Shown: positions 39,951-48,751, counted from the first letter of the stretch. The stretch is 64,000 nucleotides of DNA from an uncultured bacterium (GCA_963702025.1 OY969699.1:320001-384000); one strand, 5' to 3'. Translations and numbers: made by a program. The notes: generated from the letters alone by a model not told the origin.

Positions 39951-40152
39951 CACGTTCGCGTCCCAGCCTTCGCTAATTCCGTTCGTGCTGACCTCTCGAC
40001 TACGCTCGAGACTAAAGGCCTTAGCTTTCGGTGCCCGGCGAAGTCTTGACGAAGACGGGTCCAAGCATGCAGCTTCGGAGGGCAGGCGAGTGAGGCCAAA
40101 GGCCGAATCGAGAAGTTTTTTTATTTATCGACCCAGCCTTTCGCTATAGCTT
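39951..40152. repeat. Nested cluster of palindromic miniature elements
   Basis: GC-rich patch with hairpins TCTCGA/TCGAGA, CCCG..CGGG and GGCC-AAA-GGCC; near-direct repeat CCCAGCCTT(T)CGCTA at 39962 and 40132. Confidence 0.65.
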
Positions 40153-40159
40153 AATATCT

Positions 40160-40903
40160 TTATGCTGCTGCAACTACGAATTGAAGTGTAACTTTATTGA
40201 ATGAAGCAACTATTTTGTCAAGTTTCTTGCTGCCCGCAACTACTGATAAATGAAGTGCTTGCTGTTGACAGCTCAAAGGAATCCCTTGTGCGTCTCTTTT
40301 TTCGAATTTATGACGCATGAGTGAGTCTTGAAATTCCTTTTCAGCTTTATACTTTGCAAAAACCAGTTGTTTCTTTGCGATTTTTGCATCCATTTTAGTA
40401 ATACTTTCTTGTAACTTTTTGGCATAAGCAATTTGCTCAAGCGTAGGATTATAGATGCGATAGATTTTATAACCACCGTAACATATTACAATTACACCAA
40501 CGCCAACTGCTACATACGGTAAAACAGCTGGAGATGTTACGGCAAGAGCAGCTTTTTTAACGGCTAATGCTGCCACCTTTGCCTTAGCTGAAACAACTGC
40601 GGTTGCTGAACCAGCCAATGCAACCGCCTTATCAACAGTTTTAGACCCTGCCTCTTGCAGTCCAATCTTAAGATTCTCAGTTGCTGCAAGAAGTTTGTCA
40701 CCAGTTTCAGCACTTATAGCCTGAGCTTTCTTGCCAAGCTGGTCGATTGTTTTTATGCCCTCTTCGAAGGTAGGTTTTGCCTCGTTCCACGTATTAATGC
40801 CTACAGAACTACCTACGGCCCAAGAATCTCCAGAAAGAGATAATATCGATACAGAATTAATAAGAACAACTAAGATTAATTTATTACTATTTTTCATGTT
40901 CAT
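40160..40903 (-). CDS. Secreted protein with long Ala/Val-rich hydrophobic segment and coiled coil (paralog A)
   Basis: Shares YGGYK.YR.Y.PT.E.IA.AKK.Q and AQGIPL.CQ..A..L..VAGSK with 41494-42186. Confidence 0.8.
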   Translation of the reverse strand: MNMKNSNKLILVVLINSVSILSLSGDSWAVGSSVGINTWNEAKPTFEEGIKTIDQLGKKAQAISAETGDKLLAATENLKIGLQEAGSKTVDKAVALAGSATAVVSAKAKVAALAVKKAALAVTSPAVLPYVAVGVGVIVICYGGYKIYRIYNPTLEQIAYAKKLQESITKMDAKIAKKQLVFAKYKAEKEFQDSLMRHKFEKRDAQGIPLSCQQQALHLSVVAGSKKLDKIVASFNKVTLQFVVAAA

Positions 40904-40905
40904 TC

Positions 40906-41430
40906 CTATTGTTGAGCAGTTTCTAATTCGGTCTTTTTTTGCATAATTATAAGTAACTCATATTGTAGTTTTTCATACTGAACAATAAGATTCTCCAAAA
41001 TTAGATATTCGTTAATAATTCGTAGACAGAAAAATTTTTTAGATTCAAATTTCCCCAACATATCATTTGTAGAGTCTTTAAGGAATTCTTTAACCAATAA
41101 GCCTGTCGCTGCTTTTGATAAGAAAACTGCTTCGCGAAACGCATTAAAAGCCTTATCAAACTCTCCGGCTGCATTAATAATGGTTTTCCAGAATTCTTCT
41201 ACTTGCTCAGGTGATAGTTTTTTTTCTTTAACAGTGCGCTGTAAATCACCGATGATATTTGTTCGTATCGAATGCATATATGCATCTTGCTCTGCTATTC
41301 TTTTCCCCAATTCAGAGATTTGCATAAGCTTGTTTGCATATTCTGCATTGAGTTCTTGTAGGTTAGCATTAAGAAAAAATGCCTGAGTCAAACTAACGCT
41401 AAGAATGATACCTTTGAGAACATTAAACAT
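40906..41430 (-). CDS. Secreted coiled-coil helical protein
   Basis: Probable start MFNVLKG after AAGGA; signal peptide; heptad-rich. Confidence 0.7.
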   Translation of the reverse strand: MFNVLKGIILSVSLTQAFFLNANLQELNAEYANKLMQISELGKRIAEQDAYMHSIRTNIIGDLQRTVKEKKLSPEQVEEFWKTIINAAGEFDKAFNAFREAVFLSKAATGLLVKEFLKDSTNDMLGKFESKKFFCLRIINEYLILENLIVQYEKLQYELLIIMQKKTELETAQQ

Positions 41431-41493
41431 AGTGAGTCCTTTGAGATTGACGGTTGATGTAACTATTTTGTTGCTTATTACTATTCTCATTTA

Positions 41494-42186
41494 TTAATCG
41501 GAAGCAGCTTGAGGCGCATGGTGCTGTATATCAGAAACTATTTCTTCCACGCATTTACTACCAGCCACAATAGCAAGATTTACCGCTTCTTCTTGGCATG
41601 CTAAAGGAATTCCTTGTGCATTCTTCTTAGAATTAATATTCCTTATCAACGCTTCTTTAAATTCTGTTTCCCTTTTTAATTTATCTCGCTTAGCCTGAGC
41701 TCTTGCTATTTCTAATTCAGAATTTACAAGAGCTAATTGTATCTTTTTGGCCGATGCTATTTCTTCAGGCGTTGGATAATAGTAGCGGTAAGCTTTGTAC
41801 CCACCGTAACTGGCAGCTCCAATTGCAACAACAGGCATGGTAACGGGTGAAGCAACGACAGCGAGTGCCACAGCTTTTATTGTTAGTAACGAGCCTGCAA
41901 CTACAGTTGAGCTACCCCCTGCTGTAACCACGGCTGGCGCAATAGCAACTTTAGCAGTACCCATAACAACAGCCCCACCCATAACAATTTTAGCCGCAAC
42001 TACACCTGTCGTCATAGCAGTTCCTGCTAGCAATTTTTCGGTACAACTGGGCGAAGAAGGTTTATTAATAGCTAATTGTTGTATTTGTTCTTTATTGACG
42101 CAGCTATTGATAGGGCTACTGGCATAAATAGAAAGTGGCAGCACGAGTAAAGCGAGAAACTGACTTTTAAATGAAGGCGAGATCAT
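41494..42186 (-). CDS. Secreted protein with long Gly/Ala/Val-rich hydrophobic segment and coiled coil (paralog B)
   Basis: Signal peptide, ~75-aa nearly uncharged segment, motifs shared with 40160-40903. Confidence 0.8.
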   Translation of the reverse strand: MISPSFKSQFLALLVLPLSIYASSPINSCVNKEQIQQLAINKPSSPSCTEKLLAGTAMTTGVVAAKIVMGGAVVMGTAKVAIAPAVVTAGGSSTVVAGSLLTIKAVALAVVASPVTMPVVAIGAASYGGYKAYRYYYPTPEEIASAKKIQLALVNSELEIARAQAKRDKLKRETEFKEALIRNINSKKNAQGIPLACQEEAVNLAIVAGSKCVEEIVSDIQHHAPQAASD

Positions 42187-42262
42187 ATGACTCCTAGTTA
42201 CGTTTGTTTTGTTTATACACCGCTTGCATCACTAGGGAATTTCTTTTTTTGCATCGTAGCCA
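42187..42262 (-). promoter_or_regulatory. Conserved leader, copy 1 (shared with 43529-43612)
   Basis: Minus strand CAAAAAAAAGAAATTCCCTAGT..TGTATA..AACGTAACTAGGAG; CCTAGT pairs with ACTAGG over the SD. Confidence 0.55.
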
Positions 42263-42394
42263 CTATGCGAATTGATTTATTTAATGAAAAATACTATATC
42301 TTTTATTGAAGAAATCAAGGCAAATGCCTATTGCTACAGCAGGTTGGAAAATATCATTACATTTTTTTACTCTTATTATCTGAAAAATTAAATA

Positions 42395-42420
42395 GAAAAA
42401 GGGAACCCTTTCGAGTTCCC
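42395..42420 (-). terminator. Intrinsic terminator ending the 43528-42478 cassette
   Basis: Minus strand GGGAAC-TCGAAAGG-GTTCCC-TTTTT. Confidence 0.75.
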
Positions 42421-42477
42421 ACACTCAGAAAAATCCGTCTTCACTAGATGGCTTTGTTGCACATGTAATAGGGCTCT

Positions 42478-42684
42478 TTAAACCTTGGCGACTCTTTCAT
42501 CGTCACCATTTTTTCTGACTCGATTACCTGTATATAAAACTAGGCTCATAACCAAAAAAGAAATAATAAAATTAATAATAGTTAACAGATCCTTATGCCC
42601 TTGTTGATAGAAAACGGTATACATAAGAATGCATGTAACAAAGCTATCCAGTAATAATATAAGTATTTCTTTCATTTTAATCAT
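42478..42684 (-). CDS. Small two-TM membrane protein
   Basis: Start ATG overlaps the upstream stop (ATGA); MIKMKEILILLLDSFV... with two hydrophobic helices. Confidence 0.6.
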   Translation of the reverse strand: MIKMKEILILLLDSFVTCILMYTVFYQQGHKDLLTIINFIISFLVMSLVLYTGNRVRKNGDDERVAKV

Positions 42685-42890
42685 TGATCCATTTGGGAAG
42701 TCCATTGTAGAAATGCACCCAAGAAAATGTAGCCCAGGCACATTCCCACATAGCACTCAAATGGCAAGTTAACAGCAGGATGAAGTCCAAGCCATATTGC
42801 CGTCTTATACATAGTTATAATAATGAAGAATATAATTAAAAAGCTTTTAAATTTCTTTTCAATGCATTTAATGTAAGTCATCATAGTCAT
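42681..42890 (-). CDS. Small two-TM membrane protein
   Basis: ATGA overlap with the stop of 42887-43528; two hydrophobic helices. Confidence 0.6.
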   Translation of the reverse strand: MTMMTYIKCIEKKFKSFLIIFFIIITMYKTAIWLGLHPAVNLPFECYVGMCLGYIFLGAFLQWTSQMDQ

Positions 42891-43528
42891 GGTAAAAAGG
42901 GAATCGCAGTGAAAAATGCCGCAGCAGCTAATGAGCCTGTTTCAACAGCGGCTATTGTTCCGGCTATCCCACCAGAAGATGTAACAACCGCAGCGGTAAG
43001 GGTTGCAGCTTCGGATGCATATCCTGCACCTACAATCGCGCCTGCTACAACTGTGGCGCCAGTTGTAGCTCCTGCAGTTGTACCAGCAACGAGGGCTCCT
43101 GTTAAAGCTCCTGCGGCACCACCGGTGGCAACTACTGCCGTTGTGGCTGCAGCTGCCGCTGTTCCGTAACAAAGAGTTTTAGTTGCCCAGTATGCAATTG
43201 CTCCTGATATTGGGCCACCGCCATTGCCGCGAACTTTTGCCAAAAGGGCATACTTGCCACCTTCATCTTTATTGATGCGGATATAACCATCACCCACAAA
43301 TTTTTCTAAGGCTTTATGTTGCGCAATGGCTCTAAGCAATGGATTCATATTATGCTTTTCAACACGATATGCCGCATTCTTATCTTCAACATAAAAATCT
43401 CTCTGATTTGTATACAGCTTAAGATCATTTGCTGATGATACCACATTTTGCTCTACCAGTTCCATTGTATGAACTAATGATGAGCTGAATAATAATAATG
43501 ATAAAGAAGTGATGTTACGTATCTTCAC
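42887..43528 (-). CDS. Secreted precursor: polar pro-domain, RGNGG motif, ~110-aa Gly/Ala/Thr-rich hydrophobic C-terminus
   Basis: Signal peptide then ME; YALLAKVRGNGGGP; C-terminus with repeated small-xxx-small motifs and very few charges. Confidence 0.8.
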   Translation of the reverse strand: MKIRNITSLSLLLFSSSLVHTMELVEQNVVSSANDLKLYTNQRDFYVEDKNAAYRVEKHNMNPLLRAIAQHKALEKFVGDGYIRINKDEGGKYALLAKVRGNGGGPISGAIAYWATKTLCYGTAAAAATTAVVATGGAAGALTGALVAGTTAGATTGATVVAGAIVGAGYASEAATLTAAVVTSSGGIAGTIAAVETGSLAAAAFFTAIPFLP

Positions 43529-43612
43529 GTATTCTTCCTAACGTTTACGTTGTTAATAAATATACAATTGCTTATTACTAGGAACTTCTTTTTTTTGATC
43601 AGATTCGCTACA
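43529..43612 (-). promoter_or_regulatory. Conserved leader, copy 2
   Basis: Minus strand CAAAAAAAAGAAGTTCCTAGT..TGTATA..AACGTAAACGTTAGGAAG. Confidence 0.55.
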
Positions 43613-43863
43613 GCTGAAACTGAATGCTCATTACTACAATGGGTCGGGAACTATCATAGGCAGATATTTTTTTTAAAAAAAGCATTATTTTTTGATTTGT
43701 TGCAATAATCGAATTGCGCTCGATCTGATCAGCGATAAGAAGCATGCGTTGCGCAAATTTTATGTTACGTTGCAAAAGTATAATTTTGTGAAGTTGTGCA
43801 ACAAGAAAAAACCGATGCGGTATTTAAGGCAGTCACTATACGTTAATTAACTAACCTATCAAG

Positions 43864-44163
43864 CTATAATTTCCAAGCAGTTGCTCGCGCGATAATTGCT
43901 TTTCTTTCATGTTCACTTACACCATTAAGATCATATAAATAAATAGTGTAAGGAATTTTGGTTTCGCTGAGTGCCGATTGTGCCTGGGCAATATCTTTTG
44001 TGCCGATAATTCTGCCAAGATCAAGCGCTATATCAATCTCAGGTTTCTTGCCCTCTGCATCATACGACTTTTCTTTGTTGCCATAATAATAAATAAGTAC
44101 GCCCGGAAAAATATCAGTTAAAATATGGATGATTTTTTTTTGGTCTTGTGAATTGATTGTCAT
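43864..44163 (-). CDS. Minimal nucleotidyltransferase (MNT)-like protein, degenerate
   Basis: IYYYG..EIDIALD and IPYTIYLYDLN resemble the MNT fold, but the FGS/DxD motifs are altered. Confidence 0.6.
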   Translation of the reverse strand: MTINSQDQKKIIHILTDIFPGVLIYYYGNKEKSYDAEGKKPEIDIALDLGRIIGTKDIAQAQSALSETKIPYTIYLYDLNGVSEHERKAIIARATAWKL

Positions 44164-44303
44164 AGTTCTCTCCTTGTATTTTTTTTATTCTAAACAAAAG
44201 AGCAACTAAAACAAAACCATATTACGTAAAAAACACTGTCAAAATTATTCTTAAGGCATGTATACTAAAAAAAAGATGTTTAGCTTTTGCAAAAAGGTGA
44301 GTT

Positions 44304-45560
44304 ATGAAAATTGAAAAAATAGCCGGTAGAGAAATTTATGATGCGCGCGGTTGGCCAACCATAGAATGCGAACTCACTTTAGAAGATGGCTCATTTGTTA
44401 CCGGATCGGTGCCTGCGGGCATTTCAAAAAGTAAATTTGAAGCCTTTGAGATGCGTGATAATAGTGAACGCATGATGGGTAAAGGCGTGCTTGAGGCTAT
44501 CGATTCATTAGAATCAAAAATTGCACCATTGTTGATCGGGCAAGAACCAAATTTAGTGAGTATGGATTTGGCTATGATCGAACTGGATGGCACCCCCAAT
44601 AAATCAAAGCTTGGCGCTAATGCTATGCTTGCAGCCAGCATTGCGGTCTTGCGTGCTCATGCCACAGTGGAAGGTATGGAGCCTTATGAGCTGGTTGGTT
44701 ATTTGTGCGAATATAATTCAGTAACGTTGCCATTTGCTATGTTTAATATGATCGGTGGTGGCGCACATGTGCAAAACAACGTTCGCATTCAGGAGATGAT
44801 GGTGATTCCCATCGGCACCCAAAGTTTTAGAGCATGCATGGAAGCGGCAGTATTGCTTCATCACTATTTATATAAACTATTACAAAAAAATTTTTCCTGC
44901 GCATGGGTAACAGTTGAAGGGGCCTTAAGCGCAGATTTTAAAGATGATGCTCAAGCGCTGGATATTCTTATGGAAGCGATCGAAGCGGTGCAAAAAAAGA
45001 CAAACCACCGATTTTTAATTGCGCTTGACGTTGCGGCATCACAATTTTATGATAGCAAGAAAAATAAATATGACTGGTTTGGTAAAACTTTAACATCAAA
45101 TGATCTTATTGATCTCTATGAACGCTTAAGTAAAAAATATCCAATTTTTTCTATCGAGGATGGTCTTGCTGAAACTGATGAGAAAGGTTGGATCTCTTTA
45201 ACTGCAAAAATGCGAGAAAAAATACAACTAATTGGTGATGATATTTTTGCAAGCAACCCAAACCTTATTGCCAATGGTATTGAAAAAGGTATTGCTACCG
45301 GATCGTTGATCAAGCCAAATCAGATTGGGACGATCACTGAAACGCTTCAATCAATAAAATTATGCCGTGAATACGATATGACCTGCATTGTTTCTCATCG
45401 TTCTTCAGAAACCAATGACAGTATTATCGTTGATCTTGCTGTTGGCACGAGCGCCGGTTATATCAAAGCAGGTGGCCCTGCTCGCGGTGAGCACTTAGCC
45501 AAGTATAATGAACTTCTACGAATAGAAGATAACCTTATGCTTTCGCTGTTGAATTCTTAA
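44304..45560 (+). CDS. eno: Enolase (divergent)
   Basis: REIYDARGWPT, LDGTPNKSKLGANA, LDVAAS, SIEDG, GDD, KPNQIGT, SHRS, KYNELLRIE. Confidence 0.93.
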   Translation: MKIEKIAGREIYDARGWPTIECELTLEDGSFVTGSVPAGISKSKFEAFEMRDNSERMMGKGVLEAIDSLESKIAPLLIGQEPNLVSMDLAMIELDGTPNKSKLGANAMLAASIAVLRAHATVEGMEPYELVGYLCEYNSVTLPFAMFNMIGGGAHVQNNVRIQEMMVIPIGTQSFRACMEAAVLLHHYLYKLLQKNFSCAWVTVEGALSADFKDDAQALDILMEAIEAVQKKTNHRFLIALDVAASQFYDSKKNKYDWFGKTLTSNDLIDLYERLSKKYPIFSIEDGLAETDEKGWISLTAKMREKIQLIGDDIFASNPNLIANGIEKGIATGSLIKPNQIGTITETLQSIKLCREYDMTCIVSHRSSETNDSIIVDLAVGTSAGYIKAGGPARGEHLAKYNELLRIEDNLMLSLLNS

Positions 45561-48180
45561 ACGGATTTTCCATGTCCGCTAAAATCACTTTTAAATCATT
45601 TGGTTTGGCATTATTCTGCTCAGCAGTTTTTTTGGGGCTCGCGATCACGAATGATTTTTCAGGTATTTGGGCAGTCGCTTTATTTTGAGCCAATAATTGT
45701 TGATCTGCCGGAGTCTCCATTTTTTGTGGTGATGGCGATGCGAGCACGATAGTATCATCTTTTTGTATTTCATCTTTTTCTGGCTCCGCAATTTTTGCCA
45801 AAATGCGCCGCTCTTTGCGAACATCAAAGATTGTTGGTGCGATGAATTCATCTTGAGCAATGAAATCATCAATATCTGTTTCAGCGTCATCACGTTGTGC
45901 TTTGAAGAACCAACGCGTGATTGGATCGCGAAGATTATCAAATAACATTCCTTCGCGAGAATAGCTTTTTATCAACTGAACCTGATTCTTGGTATACGCC
46001 CCAATACCGCCTCGTATGCGAGGCTCAATAATGGTTGGAGAAATAAATACCGTAAGATTATTTTTATTGGTTGTATTAGTTCGATTTTTGAACATCCAGC
46101 CGATGATCGGTATTTTGGCTAGCAAGGGGGTTTCAAGTTGTTCCACCGTGGTGTCAACGCGTGTTAAGCCGCCAAGCGCTAAGATTTGCCCAGTGCGCAC
46201 ATTCGCACTGGTAGTAACGTTTCGCGTTATTCTGTTAGCGGTGTTTTCTGATTGCACCCCAACGTTGCTAAAATCGGTCGCGGGAAACTCAAACTGATTA
46301 ATATCGACAACCACTTTTAAATTAACCATATCTCCTGAGCTAATGCGTGGAGTAATTATAACCTTTAATGCTGCGGGGATCCATTTACGAGTTTGTGTAG
46401 TGGTACCACCGGTGCTACCAGAACCCTGGTCTCTGGTCAAACGTTGTTCTTCCAATACAATTTCTGCCTCTTTATTATTGGTTGCGATTAAGTGCGGATG
46501 AGAAAGCACCTTAGAATTATCAAGAAACTTGCGAACCTGTGCGATGCCCCATGTTTGCCCTGTTCCAGCATCGTTGAAGGAAAAGAGTGTGGTTCCTTGA
46601 GAAAAGAAGGTGGCCGCACTCAAGCAAGGTGTAGTGCCTCCCGGATCGCAATCAGCAGTTATTTGTTGATTTTGATTGTATGCCTTGCGTAACAAATCAG
46701 ATTGAATGGTTGCCGGATTTGCAACCGCATTGGTCAAGAACGTACTATTACCGCTGCCGGTGTTTAACATTGATGATTGAAAGTTAACTTTGTCTGGCAA
46801 CCCTGAATTGAGCGGATTGCGCACATTGGCACCCAAGGAGGCAATATCTTGTATGGTTAAATCGGCGATCAGTACTTCAATGATCACCTGGCGCTCAGGA
46901 ATATCAAGCTCTTCTATTAATTTTTTTATACGCACATAATCATCATTACGAGCGGCAATAATTAATGAGTTGCTACCCATTGATGAAGTTCCCGGTTGTT
47001 CGCCGCTAATTGTTTCTGCTTGGTCAGCAATAACAATAACTTCATCAAAGAAACGTTCAACCCCACCTTGCGTGCCTTCTGTCTTTGACTGCTCTGTGCC
47101 ACCTTGACGTTGGTTCTTTAAGATATTTTGCAAGAGAGGGGCGAATGGTTTTGCATCCAAATATTGCAATTGGTATACATGCAAAATCGATTTTCCCGAT
47201 TCTAATTCAACATCGATATATTTATGAATAAATTCGCGAACACGTTCGATTGCTTGTGGTTTGCCAAAAACAATTAAGCGATTGCCACGCTTATCGGGAA
47301 CAATTTTCACCTTTTTAAAATAGGTGGCATTATTGGGTTGCTTTATGCCTAAACGTAATTGATTTGCATCAGCTGCTGTTCTTAATAATTGTTCATTGAA
47401 TAAATTTGCAACAACTTCTGCTGGCAAGTAACGCAATTGTATGATTTCGGGTTTTTCTTGTGCTTCAACTTGATCTAGGGTAACAATAATATTCATTGCT
47501 GCCCTGATATTATTTGCTTTATCAGTGATTAGAAGACTATTTGTTTGTGGATCCAAGGTATACCATGATGTATCAGCAGGTAACACATCTTTTAGTATGC
47601 CCAAAATCTCATTTTGAGGATTTTGTGCAAAGTCGGATATTCGTATATTTGAAAAATAATAAAGATAACGAATTCTTTTATCAATATTGGGAATTTCTTC
47701 CGGTTTTACAATATATAATGGTAATGGTTCTCTGGTCACCTCTTTTGTTGTTTTTACAATACTATAGGTGTCTGCTTTTGCAATCATTGAATAGCCTGCC
47801 ATATCAAGCAAGGTATATAAAATATCCCATGCCTCATCAACGGTTATTTTTTCTTCAAGATGCAAGGTAATATTTGAATTTATTGGGTTAAATACCGGGA
47901 AAATAATATTTATTTCTTTTAAAGATGCCAGAAAATTAATAATATCTATGAGTGGTTCATTTTCAAAATAAAAATTGATCATTTTTTCTGGTTTTGGACG
48001 TGATGATCTTCTTCTATTCTGGGCATCCGGAATTTGATTAATTTTATCATGCAAAACAAAATGGGTATCTTCTGCCTTTGCGAGTAAATCAGCATTGCAG
48101 AAAAAAAATAGCAAAAATAATAAATGTAATCTTCTAAAATTGGATTTTTTTCGAGAGAGGTTATAATTCATAGTCGACAC
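45535..48180 (-). CDS. gspD: Type II secretion secretin GspD (copy 2)
   Basis: N0-N3 repeats, LDIPERQVIIEVLI, VLSHP, ITPRIS, PLLAKIPIIGWMFK, LTVFISPTII. Confidence 0.9.
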   Translation of the reverse strand: MSTMNYNLSRKKSNFRRLHLLFLLFFFCNADLLAKAEDTHFVLHDKINQIPDAQNRRRSSRPKPEKMINFYFENEPLIDIINFLASLKEINIIFPVFNPINSNITLHLEEKITVDEAWDILYTLLDMAGYSMIAKADTYSIVKTTKEVTREPLPLYIVKPEEIPNIDKRIRYLYYFSNIRISDFAQNPQNEILGILKDVLPADTSWYTLDPQTNSLLITDKANNIRAAMNIIVTLDQVEAQEKPEIIQLRYLPAEVVANLFNEQLLRTAADANQLRLGIKQPNNATYFKKVKIVPDKRGNRLIVFGKPQAIERVREFIHKYIDVELESGKSILHVYQLQYLDAKPFAPLLQNILKNQRQGGTEQSKTEGTQGGVERFFDEVIVIADQAETISGEQPGTSSMGSNSLIIAARNDDYVRIKKLIEELDIPERQVIIEVLIADLTIQDIASLGANVRNPLNSGLPDKVNFQSSMLNTGSGNSTFLTNAVANPATIQSDLLRKAYNQNQQITADCDPGGTTPCLSAATFFSQGTTLFSFNDAGTGQTWGIAQVRKFLDNSKVLSHPHLIATNNKEAEIVLEEQRLTRDQGSGSTGGTTTQTRKWIPAALKVIITPRISSGDMVNLKVVVDINQFEFPATDFSNVGVQSENTANRITRNVTTSANVRTGQILALGGLTRVDTTVEQLETPLLAKIPIIGWMFKNRTNTTNKNNLTVFISPTIIEPRIRGGIGAYTKNQVQLIKSYSREGMLFDNLRDPITRWFFKAQRDDAETDIDDFIAQDEFIAPTIFDVRKERRILAKIAEPEKDEIQKDDTIVLASPSPQKMETPADQQLLAQNKATAQIPEKSFVIASPKKTAEQNNAKPNDLKVILADMENPFKNSTAKA

Positions 48181-48190
48181 TCCAATTCAT

Positions 48191-48751
48191 TCATGCCGTC
48201 TCTTTGGGCATCATGGCGGCAATTTTAATATCAACATCAATGGTTCGTGGGATCTTTTTTGATCTACTTATTTCTAGCTCTTTTACAAAGAGCCGTTTAT
48301 TTTGATTGATTTCATTTAAAAATTCAGTCAGTTGTTTCATGGTAATACCGCTTAATTGATACGTTGCCACATTCTCGAGATAATTATCTTCTCGCGGTGT
48401 TGGCACAACTTTTGCTACCGTAACATTATTCTGCATGGAGATGCCAACCTTTTCAAGGGTCTCTTGAACATGTGGTTGTATTTTAAAGTACGGATCCTCT
48501 TCTAGCAATGCTGTAACCTGCGCACGTTCTTTTTGGACGCGTACTGCTTTGTTGAGAATCTTTTTTGTTTCTTGGCGCTGTTCATTGAGTGTGGCAAGCT
48601 CATTTTCCAAACGATTAATTGATCGGTAATAAAAAAAGAGGATCATACCAATTATGATTAAAAATAAGCCACCTGTAATCGCTAGGTATTGATACCAGCT
48701 TTTCTCATCGAGCGCAGCAATTCGTTGTTGAAGATTATCAAAAAAAGACAT
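48191..48751 (-). CDS. gspM: T2SS GspM/PilO-like protein
   Basis: Single TM, coiled coil and ferredoxin-like C-terminus (LSGITMKQLTEFL); follows the GspL-like gene. Confidence 0.7.
   Translation of the reverse strand: MSFFDNLQQRIAALDEKSWYQYLAITGGLFLIIIGMILFFYYRSINRLENELATLNEQRQETKKILNKAVRVQKERAQVTALLEEDPYFKIQPHVQETLEKVGISMQNNVTVAKVVPTPREDNYLENVATYQLSGITMKQLTEFLNEINQNKRLFVKELEISRSKKIPRTIDVDIKIAAMMPKETA

Noticed and set aside
39951..40152. tRNA/tmRNA/SRP RNA in the GC-rich patch after aspS
   Set aside because: No cloverleaf with T-loop and CCA, no tag ORF or SRP loop recognised; better explained as nested palindromes.
42909..43172. Ala-rich and Cys/Arg-rich alternative-frame ORFs
   Set aside because: By-products of GCN/GGN/ACN codon runs in 42887-43528.
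4462..45560. Degradosome gene cluster (RNase E/G, DEAD helicase, enolase)
   Set aside because: The genes are far apart and the RNase lacks the C-terminal scaffold region.
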